From contig CBDHDG010000005.1 of assembly GCA_965261595.1 (NCBI GenBank), forward strand, positions 160,001 through 224,000: 64,000 nt of DNA, read 5' to 3'. The notes beneath the pieces are model-generated. The model did no database searches. It was not told where the DNA came from and saw only the letters and a list, made by a program, of their open reading frames with translations. A program made the translations under genes and the position numbers. Position 1 is the stretch's first letter. Each line of letters opens with the position of its first letter. The stretch comes from a bacterium (GTDB taxonomy: Bacteria > UBA8248 > JACPRG01 > G963555815). Below are positions 9,689 to 20,567 of this stretch, one piece after another.

Positions 9689-11817
9689 ATCCTGGCGTCA
9701 AGCAATTCCGGCGACGTTGTAATGGACCCGTTTTGCGGGTGCGCCACAACGCTTGAGGCGGCTCACACGGAAGGCCGTCGCTGGATAGGCATCGACATAG
9801 CCATTCACGCGATAAAGCGCGTGGCGCGGGTCCGGCTGGGCGACAGATGCGGCCTGGTTGAAGGCCGGGATTACGTGGTCGATGGTGTTCCCCGGGATCG
9901 GGAAGGCGCGAAGGATCTATGGGAGCGGGATAAATGAGCCTGTCCCATTCATAGTTGAAGGTTGAGAAAAAGAGGTGGCGGTTCACTCCTGCCGACTCGG
10001 TTAGAATCGGGTTGGCAAACATTCAAAGAGGAGGAACCGCCATGAGTGAAGCTTACCAGATCGTCGAGAAGAAAGAGACCCAAAGGTTGGCCGCCTTTGT
10101 GGCGGAGCATGGGCAGGCGTTTTTTCCTCTGGTGTCGCTGGTGGAGCAGTCCCAACTGGCGGTGGAGGACCTGATGGACGTCATGGGCCGGGCGGGCCTG
10201 GAGGCCGTGCTTTTGCTGTCGGCCAAGGGCTTGACGGGCGCGCCGCATCCAGGCAAGCGGGGTGGCGAGGTCCGCCGGCACGGCAGCCAGGGGGGCCGGG
10301 TGACCCTGAAGGGGCGCAAGCTGAAGGTGAGAAAGCCGCGGCTTCGCCGCCGGGGCCAGGGTCGGGGCGGGGAGGTGGAGGTGCTGGCGTATGCGGCCAT
10401 GCAGGCCGACCCCGGGCTGGGGGAGCGGATGCTGGATTTGCTGATGCGAGGGGTCTCGACGCGGAACTACGCGGCCGTTCTTCCCGAGCTGGCCGAGACG
10501 GTGAGGGTGTCGAAGTCGGCCGTGAGCCGGGAGAGCATCGAGGCGGCCGAGGTGGAGCTGCGGCGTCTTTGTGAGCGGCGTTTTGACGACATCGACCTCC
10601 TCATCCTCTACCTGGACGGTCTGCGCTTCGGCGCGCATCACGTCATCGTGGCCGTTGGGGTGGACACACGGGGCCAAAAGCACGTTCTGGGCCTGAGGTC
10701 GGGCGCCACCGAGAACGCCACGGTCGTGACGGCGCTTCTTGAGGAGTTGGTGGAGCGCGGCGTGCGGCCCGGGCGGCGTCGGCTTTTCGTCATCGACGGC
10801 TCGAGGGCGCTTCGTGCGGCGATTGACCGGGTGTACGGGGACGACAATCCGGTGTAGCGGTGCCGCAACCACAAGGTGAAGAACGTGATGGACCACCTGC
10901 CCGAGGAGTTGAAGGACCCGGTGAAGGCGACGATGAAGGCGGCCTGGCGGCTGGCGCCGAAGGAGGGGATTGCCCGTCTGCGCAAGCAGGCCCGGTGGCT
11001 TCAGATCGAGCATCCGGACGCGGCCGCCAGCCTTTTGGAGGGTCTGGAGGAGATCTTCACCGTCAACCGCTTGGCTCTTCCGCCCGGCCTTCGGCGCTGC
11101 CTGGTGAGCACGAACCTGATCGAGAGTCCCTGTTCGGGGGTGCGGATGCGCACCCGGCGCGTCGGCCGCTGGCGGGACGGGGCGATGGTGAAAAGGTGGG
11201 CCGCTTCCGCTTTCCTCGCCACCGAGAAGAACTTCCGTCGCCTGGACGGCTACCGGGACCTGTGGATCCTGAAGGCCGTTCTGGACGAGCCCCGCTTTGA
11301 CACCCGAGAGGAGGTCGCATAAGGTGAACCACACACGGACCGCCGCCTCAAACCTTCAACTGAATTCGGGACACCCTCGGATAAATATCACTTTCAGAAA
11401 TGGGCGGTCGAGGAAGTCGATGGATTCGTGACCACGAAGCGGACGGCGGACGGCGGGATCGACGATCGCCTGTACTTCGCCATCCCCAAAGAGAAAGACC
11501 TGCAAAGCATGGCCCTTGAGGTGAAGGGCGGAAAGAATGTGTCTATCCGCGATCTTCGTGCCCTTCATGGCGTCCTGGACAATGACGAGGGGCTCATGGC
11601 GGGTTTGATCATCATGGACCCTCTAGGGCCGACGAAGGACCGGAACTTTCATTCTGACATGGCGAAGGCCGGAGACCTTGAAGTCGATGGGGTAAAATAC
11701 AGCCGGATGCAGATGCTGACAGTCGATGAAATTCTGGAAGGAAAGCGATTTCACACGCCGGGCGTTGTGGGGCGTGGTCTTTCACAACCGACCTTACCAG
11801 GAACGTTAAGCCCATAA
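9689..11817 (+). pseudogene. C-terminal part of an N4/N6 DNA methyltransferase fused to a PD-(D/E)xK endonuclease-like domain, interrupted by IS256
   Basis: SSNSGDVVMDPFCGCATT...WIGIDI (SAM-binding motif I). After removing the IS and one TSD the frame reads ERDKYHFQKWAVE...DGGID...EVKGG. N-terminus is missing. Confidence 0.85.
9936..11378 (+). mobile_element. IS256-family element copy 1 (1443 bp, TSD GGATAAAT); transposase 10042..11322 with in-frame TAG at 10855
   Basis: IRs GAGCCTGTCCC... and ...GGGACACCCTC; 8-bp TSD at 9928-9935 and 11379-11386; motifs GVSTR, YLDG, IDG, RCRNH, STNLIES. Confidence 0.95.
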
Positions 11818-11944
11818 CTTATGATTCCTTTTGGCAAACTCCCGACCTGACATCGTCATCTCAAGACTCCTGTCTAAAATCCGACGTGGAAAAGACACTC
11901 CCTCTCTTTGAGGCTTCTTTCTCTTGGCTACGAGTGAGATTCAA

Positions 11945-12140
11945 TTGTCGCACGCAAGCCTCCGAGCACCTTTTCCGCCGTGATGGCCAGGTCGCGGATG
12001 CGCACGCCGCCGCCGTCGTAGACCGCACCCGCGATGGACGCCGCGGTCGGCACCAGCACCGCCTCCGAGAACCTCTTTGCGCCAAATGGGCCTGTGGGCT
12101 CCGGTTCCTCGACGAAATTCTGGAGGATGGGCGCGCCGTC
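11945..12140 (-). pseudogene. C-terminal remnant of a xanthine-dehydrogenase-family Mo-binding subunit
   Basis: A startless minus frame reads VEEPEPTGPFGAKRFSEAVLVPTAASIAGAVYDGGGVRIRDLAITAEKVL, similar to the end of the 29227..31503 protein. Confidence 0.75.
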
Positions 12141-12265
12141 CTATCGGCGCCCCTTCGCTCATTCGGCTCGATCCGCCGGACAAAATGGGATGCGATCCCG
12201 ATATTCACCTCAAGTCACAAGCAAAACGCTCCAACACTCCGTCGAACGGTCAGGGAGTTCCATTC

Positions 12266-14721
12266 CTATTTCAGAAACTTATCCGTGTAGGTATCCTCGA
12301 TGCGGACCTTCTTGGGGTCCTTTCCGAACGAGCTCAATACAGTGTCCCGCGTCCGCACCATCTTCTCCCGGGTCATATGCCCGATGCCGTGTTTCTTGGC
12401 TGCCGGGGTAAGGACCAGGTGGTCACGGAGAATATCCACGGTTTCGCGGGAGAGCTTCGGGTTCAGGTGTGGTTGCGCCTTGAGGAGGATCTTGGTCGAC
12501 TCGTCGGGGTGGTCGAAGGTGTAATAATAGGCCTTGACCACGGCCTGGACGAATCCCCGGAGGCTTTTCGGGTTCGCGGCAGCGAACTCGTCCTTCACCA
12601 CAATCCCGTTGCTGTAGATGTCCACGCCGTAATTCGCATAGACGATCTTGTTGTACCCTCCGAGCTTCTTGGTCACCATGTTCATGACCGGGTCGAGGGT
12701 GATGAAGTTCGTGGCGCCGTCCACCTTTTTCGCCAACAAAACGGCCGTCTTCTGGGCGGGGGCGACGGTCAGCCATTTGACCGCGCACGGGTTGATGCCC
12801 GCCTTTTTTGCGAAGACCGGAAACAGCTTCTTGTTGATGTCCCCGGCTGCGGCCGCGATGGTCTTCCCGACCAAGTCCTTGGGCGTGGTCAGGCCGCTCT
12901 TTTTCAGGGTGTAGATGAGGTACGGCGCCTTTTCGTACATCACGGCGACGAGCTTGTTCATGGCCCCTTCGGTCCGGCCGAGGATGGTGGCCCCCGTGTC
13001 CCCAAAGACGATGTCGGCCTGTCCCGACGTCACGCGCTTGATGCTGTCGCTTGCCCCATAGCCGCGGGTCATCGTCACGTTGAGGCCCCGGTCCTTGTAA
13101 TACCCTTTCTCGAGAGCGACGAAAAAGGGCGTGTGCGCGCCGTAAAAGGCCCAATCCGCCGCGAATTTCAGTTTCGTCTTCTCCGCTCCCGATACGAGGC
13201 CCGCAGGCACCAACAGGATGGAGAAGACCAGGGAAGAAATGATCCCCAAGCCACGTCTGGAGCCTGTCCCATTCATAGTTGCAGGTTGAGAAAAAGAGGT
13301 GGCGGTTCACTCCTGCCGACTCGGTTAGAATCGGGTTGGCAAACATTCAAAGAGGAGGAACCGCCATGAGTGAAGCTTACCAGATCATCGAGAAGAAAGA
13401 GACCCAAAGGTTGGCCGCCTTTGTGGCGGAGCACGGGCAGGCGTTTTTTCCTCTGGTGTCGCTGGTGGAGCAGTCCCAACTGGCGGTGGAGGACCTGATG
13501 GACGTCATGGGCCGGGCGGGCCTGGAGGCCGTGCTTTTGCTGTCGGCCAAGGGCTTGACGGGCGCGCCGCATCCAGGCAAGCGGGGTGGCGAGGTCCGCC
13601 GGCACGGCAGCCAGGGGGGCCGGGTGACCCTGAAGGGGCGCAAGCTGAAGGTGAGAAAGCCGCGGCTTCGCCGCCGGGGCCAGGGTCGGGGCGGGGAGGT
13701 GGAGGTGCCGGCGTATGCGGCCATGCAGGCCGACCCCGGGCTGGGGGAGCGGATGCTGGATTTGCTGATGCGAGGGGTCTCGACGCGGAACTACGCGGCC
13801 GTTCTTCCCGAGCTGGCCGAGACGGTGGGGGTGTCGAAGTCGGCCGTGAGCCGGGAGAGCATCGAGGCGGCCGAGGCGGAGCTGCGGCGTCTTTGTGAGC
13901 GGCGTTTTGACGACATCGACCTCCTCATCCTCTACCTGGACGGTCTGCGCTTCGGCGCGCATCACGTCATCGTGGCCGTTGGGGTGGACACACGGGGCCA
14001 AAAGCACGTTCTGGGCCTGAGGTCGGGCGCCACCGAGAACGCCACGGTCGTGACGGCGCTTCTTGAGGAGTTGGTGGAGCGCGGCGTGCGGCCCGGGCGG
14101 CGTCGGCTTTTCGTCATCGACGGCTCGAGGGCGCTTCGTGCGGCGATTGACCGGGTGTACGGGGACGACAATCCGGTGTAGCGGTGCCGCAACCACAAGG
14201 TGAAGAACGTGATGGACCACCTGCCCGAGGAGTTGAAGGACCCGGTGAAGGCGACGATGAAGGCGGCCTGGCGGCTGGCGCCGAAGGAGGGGATTGCCCG
14301 TCTGCGCAAGCAGGCCCGGTGGCTTCAGATCGAGCATCCGGACGCGGCCGCCAGCCTTTTGGAGGGTCTGGAGGAGATCTTCACCGTCAACCGCTTGGCT
14401 CTTCCGCCCGGCCTTCGGCGCTGCCTGGTGAGCACGAACCTGATCGAGAGTCCCTGTTCGGGGGTGCGGATGCGCACCCGGCGCGTCGGCCGCTGGCGGG
14501 ACGGGGCGATGGTGAAAAGGTGGGCCGCTTCCGCCTTCCTCGCCACCGAGAAGAACTTCCGTCGCCTGGACGGCTACCGGGACCTGTGGATCCTGAAGGC
14601 CGTTCTGGACGAGCCCCGCTTTGACACCCGAGAGGAGGTCGCATAAGGTGAACCACACACGGACCGCCGCCTCAAACCTTCAACTGAATTCGGGACACCC
14701 TCCACGTCTGCCCTTTCGCAT
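12266..14721 (-). pseudogene. ABC substrate-binding protein (NMT1/THI5/SsuA family), interrupted by IS256 in the first codons
   Basis: Native start MRKGRR at 14721 with AAGGAG SD. Body 12266..13259 has a signal peptide and DWAFYGAHTPFFVALEKGYY...GLNV. Confidence 0.88.
13260..14702 (+). mobile_element. IS256-family element copy 2 (1443 bp, TSD CACGTCTG); transposase 13366..14646 with in-frame TAG at 14179
   Basis: Near-identical to copy 1; TSD at 13252-13259 and 14703-14710. Confidence 0.95.
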
Positions 14722-14814
14722 TGTTGTTCTCCTTTTGCTCAAGGTTTGAGGGGTCACAATTTTCACCGATCGCTTCCGAAAGGTTGAGAATTCATCATTT
14801 GAGTCTCTAGACTC

Positions 14815-15122
14815 TTTATCCTGAATCTTGTGTCTCTCCGCTCCGTTGCACTTCCCAGGGCTGTACCGCGACTCACCCTCAGGCTCAGGGCCGTAGATCT
14901 TGACCCACTGAGCGTAGTCGATATCAGCCCCAAAGGTTTCTTCAACAGCCTGAAGATGGGAGCGGTGACCATCGGTTGTCAGTTGAACACGGTTCGCTAA
15001 CCGAGCCACCAAATCGCCAAAGAAGATTTTTGCGTGTTTCAGGGTCCGATAACCGGCCATCCACGAGGGAACGAGTTTGGTATCCGCACAAATAGCGGTC
15101 CAGGTCCAAACATCTCCGTTCC
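14815..15122 (-). pseudogene. IS1-family transposase remnant
   Basis: GDVWTWTAICADTKLVPSW...LANRVQLTTDGH...FGADIDYAQWVKIYG...RYSP. Confidence 0.8.
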
Positions 15123-15176
15123 TTGATGTCTTTCAGTCCATTTAGAGAAAAGGCATACCCTTCATGCTTGTTTTAA

Positions 15177-16844
15177 CCGGAATTTCCCATATCAACTTGC
15201 TTGGGTGGTTTCCGGTCCCCTTTCCCGATGAAAACCAGTTGATCCCCTTCCGATGGGTTTGTCAAGAGCCTTCCAACCCTCCGCAACAAGGTGCTGACGG
15301 CCATCGACTGCCCCAAAAGGCGGACCCTCGCCCTTCGGTCCCCTTTGTTCGCGGTTCAACCCGTTAACCAATCACCTCATGCTGCCGGGAACCCTCTGCA
15401 CAAGGTTAGACCGGCACCGGCCGTAATCGGTTGATTCGGTCCAGGATGATGGCGAACTCTTCCCTGGACACCGCTACTTCGGCCAATTGAAAGATGATCT
15501 GCCGGGCGTGCCGCACAATCCTCCCGCCCATTTTGATGAGCTTGACCTGGAGGCTTCGGAGCGACCAGTGCTTGAGCCCCCTGGGCAAGGCTAGCCTGCG
15601 CAGGAAATTGCCCAGGTTGTACGCCAGGACGAAGAGAAGGAGCCGCACCTGGTTGCACACGAACCGGTGACAGGAAAGGCGTGTCCAGTTCAGGGCGTAC
15701 TTGCCTTCCTTGATCCATTGCTCGGCTGTGCCTCGCTGGTTGTAGAAGTGCACGACCCCCTCGGGTCGAGCCGTCAGGTTCGTGACAATGAATCCGACGC
15801 GAGGGAAGAGTTCGCCTGAGTGCCATTCCACCTTCGCCACGACCCGCCGGGAACGGTCCCAGCTTCCAGCCTGATACCGGAAGTCGTAATAGAAGATGAT
15901 GGGTCTCTTGGGCGGGCGACCGACCGGGCGGGTGAGGAGGAAGTCGATCTCTCGCTGCACCACGTCGTTGGCGGGAAGGCGGATGGCGTAAAGGAAGCTG
16001 TGCGCTTCCAGGCACTCATAGACCTCCGGGCGCGCAAAGGCGGCATCGGCTCGGCAGTAACGGCGAACACCCGCCCGCTCATACCGGGCCGCGATGGGCG
16101 AAAGCAACTCGCGCCAGCCATCGGCGCTGTGCACGTTGCCGGGGCGCAACATCGCCCCTTCGCAGTCCCCGAACTGGTTAAAGCAAAAAAGAGGGTGATA
16201 ACAGGTGCAACGAAAGTGGCCGTTGTAGGCCGTACCTTCCTGCTCCCCATGGACGGGGCTTTCCGAGCTGTCCATGTCCAGGATGATTCGCTGATGGGGT
16301 GAGTGTGCCATGGCCCGGTCCACCCACTCCCGGTTCAGCTCGCTCCGGCCCCTTGAGATTCTCCTCCTTGGTGAGAACCTCGGTCTCGAACCGGCTCAGG
16401 GTGTTGGCGCCCGCCGCCTGCTTCTCAAGCGCTCGGCGGCCGACCACGGCTTGCATCGCGGGGTCCTGGGCCAACCGCTCGGCATCGTTGGTGTCTTCAT
16501 ACCCTGCCAAGCGGCTATAGACCGACTGGCGCAATAGCGGCGCCAACTCATGCTGGATGTTCCGGCCATGACGGATCTCTTGCAATTGCACTGGCGCTCT
16601 CACCGTCAAACCCAGCGCATCATCCAGCTCCCGGCAGGCCAGCAATCCCGCATCCGAAGTGATTCTGGTTCCGTGAAACTCAAGCCTCAGCCGACGGTCA
16701 AAACGGATCTTCAAAGCCCCCTTCTTCGCTTCACCCATTGGGTCCCCTCGCAAGATGATGGCAGGGAGAGGCCAACACCTTGATCTTACACGAGAAAACG
16801 GCATTCGGTCCGACAAAACTTATGATCCATATGGGAAATGCGGG
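15177..16844 (-). mobile_element. IS1380-family element C; transposase 15406..16738 frameshifted at ~16347
   Basis: IRs CCGGAATTTCCCATAT and ATATGGGAAATGCGGG; same motif set as the A copies; no exact TSD. Confidence 0.9.
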
Positions 16845-16965
16845 TTATAAGGGGTTTTCGGACCTGAGGGTTCCGTTTTGTGATTGCGGGTGGATCGGCG
16901 GCTTAATGAAGCCGAGGCCCATCCGCTTCCGAGTGAGGGGGGGAGGAGGGGGGGAGAGCTGACCG

Positions 16966-17413
16966 ATGCCGTTCGTGAGCCGGTTGTTCGTCAAGACCAG
17001 TCTCGTGTTTTTTGTCCTGACCTTTGTGTCGGGCGGGATGCTGTTGACATACCAATCGTTCGGGAAGATGGACGTCCCCTGGGGGTTCATCGTCGCCCAC
17101 ACGCACGCGGGCACGGTGGGCTGGCTGGTCATGATGGTCAATGGGGGTCGCTTACTGGATGTTCCCCCTGGACAAGAAGCGGTTCGAAGGCGGGCGGGGG
17201 AGATACCAGGAGGGCCTGGCCTTGGCCAGCTATTGGCTGGTGTGCGGCGGACTGGTCATCCGCATCGTGGTCGAACCCCTGACCGCGAGGGGGGCCGGCG
17301 GAGTGTTGGGCGGAATCTTGGCCCTTTCCGGAATCGCCCAGAGCGTGGGGGCGCTCATCTTCGTGTGGGAGATCTGGTCTCGCGTCCGGGGAATCGGAAA
17401 GGAGGCGCCATGA
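16966..17413 (+). pseudogene. Small 4-TM membrane protein (short heme-copper oxidase subunit I-like family), one frameshift at ~17140
   Basis: HTHAGTVGWLVMMV continues as MGVAYWMFP in the next frame. Confidence 0.6.
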
Positions 17414-17620
17414 GTCAGGGGGCCTGAAAAAACCGGCGCCCGCAAAAACGGGGAAGCGGGTGCTTTTGGGAAAATCCCCCCCTAAAATTTGTTCTTCGAG
17501 TTGGGACCGGGTAGAATGAGAGGAGCGCGGAGTGGGGCGTGTCGGTTTCCGAAGGGGGCTCCTCCGGGCTGAGCGGTTCGATTTTCGGCTCCCCCCCCCA
17601 TCGTTTGAAGGCCTCTTGCC

Positions 17621-18454
17621 ATGATCGCTTCCCGAGAAGAGGGCGGGCGCGAGCCTTCATCAGAGATACGCATGGGTCTCAATCCCTTTGGCCTGATCCG
17701 GCGGCTGGGCGCGGCCGGCATCTCCGTCCTCCAAGAAATGGGGCGGATGTTCATCTTTCTCTTCGATGTCTTGCGGGGGTTCTTCCTCCCCCCGTTCCGT
17801 CCCCGCCTCGTTCTCAAGCAACTCCACTTCATCGGCGTCCGGTCCATTGGGATCATTACGCTGACGGCCCTGTTCACCGGGATGGTCATCGGCCTTCAGG
17901 GCTATTACACCCTTCGCCAGTTCGGGTCCGAGGGGCTTTTGGGCGCGGCCGTCGCGTTGAGTCTGATTCGGGAGCTGGGCCCGGTCCTTTCCGCCCTGAT
18001 GGTGACGGCCAGGGCGGGTTCGGCCATGACGGCCGAGATTGGCATCATGACCATCACTGAGCAGATCGACGCCTTGTTCTCCATGGCGGTGAACCCGATC
18101 CGGTATCTTGTTGTGCCGAAAGTTCTGGCGGCCCTGATTGCCGTTCCGCTGCTTTGCGCGATTTTCAACGTGGTGGGGATCGGCGGCGGGTATCTCGTCG
18201 GCGTCAAGCTCCTGGGGGTCAGCGAGGGGGCTTTTTTCGGGCAAATGGAGTCGAGCGTAGTCTGGAAAGACGTCTACAGCGGAATTCTGAAATCCATCAG
18301 CTTCGGGTTGTTGCTCACGTGGATTGCGTGTTATAAAGGCTACACAGCGGGACATGGTGCGGAGGGCGTCAGCCGGGCGACGACGGAATCAGTGGTGATG
18401 GCCTCCGTGTCGATATTGATCTGGGATTACTTCATGACCTCGATCCTGTTGTGA
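17621..18454 (+). CDS. mlaE: MlaE-family lipid ABC permease
   Basis: IRELGPVLSALMVTARAGSAMTAEIG, EQIDAL, GAEGVSRATT. Confidence 0.95.
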   Translation: MIASREEGGREPSSEIRMGLNPFGLIRRLGAAGISVLQEMGRMFIFLFDVLRGFFLPPFRPRLVLKQLHFIGVRSIGIITLTALFTGMVIGLQGYYTLRQFGSEGLLGAAVALSLIRELGPVLSALMVTARAGSAMTAEIGIMTITEQIDALFSMAVNPIRYLVVPKVLAALIAVPLLCAIFNVVGIGGGYLVGVKLLGVSEGAFFGQMESSVVWKDVYSGILKSISFGLLLTWIACYKGYTAGHGAEGVSRATTESVVMASVSILIWDYFMTSILL

Positions 18455-18470
18455 GATAAGGGACGATTGG

Positions 18471-18926
18471 GTGAAACAGGCTGGCGTGGAAACGCTCGTG
18501 GGCGTATTTGTTCTGGCGGGGATGGCTTCTTTGGCCTATCTCGCGATCTCGCTGGGCGGCCTGGAAATTTTCCAAGGAAATAATTACCGTGTCATGGCGT
18601 TGTTCGGCTCCGCCAGCGGCCTGACAAGCGGGGATTCCATCGAGATCGCCGGGGTGGAGATCGGCAAGGTGGGACGGATCTCCCTGAGTGACGACGACCA
18701 GGCGCGCGTGGAGATGAAAATCCGCGGAGGCGTCAAACTCACCGAAGACGTGATTGCTTCCGTCCGGACGAAGGGGCTCATCGGCGACCGCTACATCAAG
18801 CTGGAGCAAGGCGGATCGGAGCGCTATATTAAGGCTGGTGGTCGGATCCGGGAGACGACTCCCCCCTTGGACATCGAAGAGTTGATTGGCCAATTCATCT
18901 TCGGTAAAATCGACAAAAAGAAATAA
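18471..18926 (+). CDS. mlaD: MlaD (MCE domain) protein
   Basis: N-terminal TM, GLTSGDSIEIAGVEIGKV, TKGLIGDRYI. Confidence 0.95.
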   Translation: MKQAGVETLVGVFVLAGMASLAYLAISLGGLEIFQGNNYRVMALFGSASGLTSGDSIEIAGVEIGKVGRISLSDDDQARVEMKIRGGVKLTEDVIASVRTKGLIGDRYIKLEQGGSERYIKAGGRIRETTPPLDIEELIGQFIFGKIDKKK

Positions 18927-19060
18927 AAAGTGAGAATCGGCATTCGGTGCGCCGGGGAATGAAATTTGCTTCAAAAGATGAAGGTGATTCTGTTCATGGC
19001 GGAGGACGCCCGGGCAATCAGGTCCCTGAACCCGAATTCCGACCCCTTTGGAGGCGAACG

Positions 19061-20491
19061 ATGAGTCCGGCACCTTCTGAGTTGGCCCGGCGGGCGTCGA
19101 AGGGTGTTCTTGCGGCCCTGTGCGCATTGAGCTTGTTGTGGGTCGGTGTCCCGCGGGCGGGCGCCCAGAAGCCGTCTTCCGGTGACGCGGGGTCCTCGAA
19201 GAGGACGCTGACGCTGGACCAGTGCATTCAAATCGCCCTGAAAAACAACCCCGAGATCAAAGAGCGCCGGGCGGGCGTGGCCGGCGCGCGGGCGCGGAAA
19301 TCTCAGGCCGACGCCGCGCGTTATCCGCAAATCGACGGCTTTGCCCTGCTCGGTCCATCGCCCCGGGCTCGAGGGAACCAGATTGACTCGCCGGACGATC
19401 AAGACAATCTCATCATCACCGGCGTTTTCGCCCGGGGAATCTTCAGCCTCGTTCAGCCCATCTTTACATTCGGCGAAATCAGCGGGTTGCGTAGCGCGGC
19501 CACCTCGAACATCAAGGTGGAGGCCGCGAAGGTCGACCAGAAGGCGGGCGAGGTCATCACGAAGGTTAAGGAGTACTATTACGGCTATTTGCTCGCCCGC
19601 GATTTGCTGAGCCTGGTGAAAGATGTCAAAGGTGAATTTGACGGCGCCAAGAAAAAAGTCCGCAAAGCGCTCGACGAGGACGCGGAATGGGCCGATGAAA
19701 TCGACCTCTACAAGCTGGAGGCCTTCTCTTCCACGGTTGATGGCGCGATGGCCCAAGCCCTGAAGTCCGTGCGATTGGCCATGGGCGCATTGAAGTTTTC
19801 CATGGGGTTGCCGGGTGATCGGCAAATCGCCCTGGCGGATTCTCACATCGTCCCGGACGTCAGCCGCGTGAGAAAGCTGCCTTTTTACCAGGAGCGGTCT
19901 TTGAAACTCCGTCCGGAGGTTCGTCAAATCCGCGAAGGCCTGAAGGCCCTTGGATCCCTGGTGCAAGTGGAACGGAGCAAGTATTTCCCCAAGCTGTTCA
20001 TTGGCGCCGTGCTGGATGTGGCCGAGGCGACCAACCGGGATGATCTCAATAACCCCTTTGTGATCGATCCCTTGAACCATGATACCGGCGGTGTGGCGGT
20101 GGGGTTCAAATGGCACTTCGATTTCGGCATTACGGCCGGACGGGTTTCCCAGGCTCGGGCGGAAGTCCAGAAGGTTATGCACAAGCGGACCTTCGCGCTC
20201 CAAGGGATTCCGTTGGAAGTCCGAAAAGCGCACGAGGAGCTTTTGGAAGCCGAGAAAAACATCAAGTCCACAGGGAATTCATACAAGTTCGCCAAGAAAT
20301 GGCTGGTCGCTTCGATCGCAAACTTTGACCTGGGCATCGGGGAGGCGGAGGAAATCTTCAAGGCCCTGGAACAATTTGCCAAGATCCGTGCGGAAAATTA
20401 TAAGCAAATCTATGCCTACAATATGGCCATTGCGAACCTCGATAGATCCAGCGGTCTGGCCATGAGATATCTCAATAAAATCAGCCAATGA
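19061..20491 (+). CDS. TolC-family outer-membrane protein
   Basis: Signal peptide, LTLDQCIQIALKNNPEI, two OEP repeats (ARYPQI; RPE...SKYFPKL). Start uncertain. Confidence 0.88.
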   Translation: MSPAPSELARRASKGVLAALCALSLLWVGVPRAGAQKPSSGDAGSSKRTLTLDQCIQIALKNNPEIKERRAGVAGARARKSQADAARYPQIDGFALLGPSPRARGNQIDSPDDQDNLIITGVFARGIFSLVQPIFTFGEISGLRSAATSNIKVEAAKVDQKAGEVITKVKEYYYGYLLARDLLSLVKDVKGEFDGAKKKVRKALDEDAEWADEIDLYKLEAFSSTVDGAMAQALKSVRLAMGALKFSMGLPGDRQIALADSHIVPDVSRVRKLPFYQERSLKLRPEVRQIREGLKALGSLVQVERSKYFPKLFIGAVLDVAEATNRDDLNNPFVIDPLNHDTGGVAVGFKWHFDFGITAGRVSQARAEVQKVMHKRTFALQGIPLEVRKAHEELLEAEKNIKSTGNSYKFAKKWLVASIANFDLGIGEAEEIFKALEQFAKIRAENYKQIYAYNMAIANLDRSSGLAMRYLNKISQ

Positions 20492-20567
20492 GGAGTCCCG
20501 CCCGCTGGAATATCTTTTGGTGGGGGGCTCTTCTGCATTCATATTGGTTTCATAGGAGGATCCCGCG

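Noticed and set aside
5330..16350. Programmed frameshift at the same spot in IS1380 A and C transposases
   Set aside because: The shifts are in opposite directions and no shared slippery motif is present.
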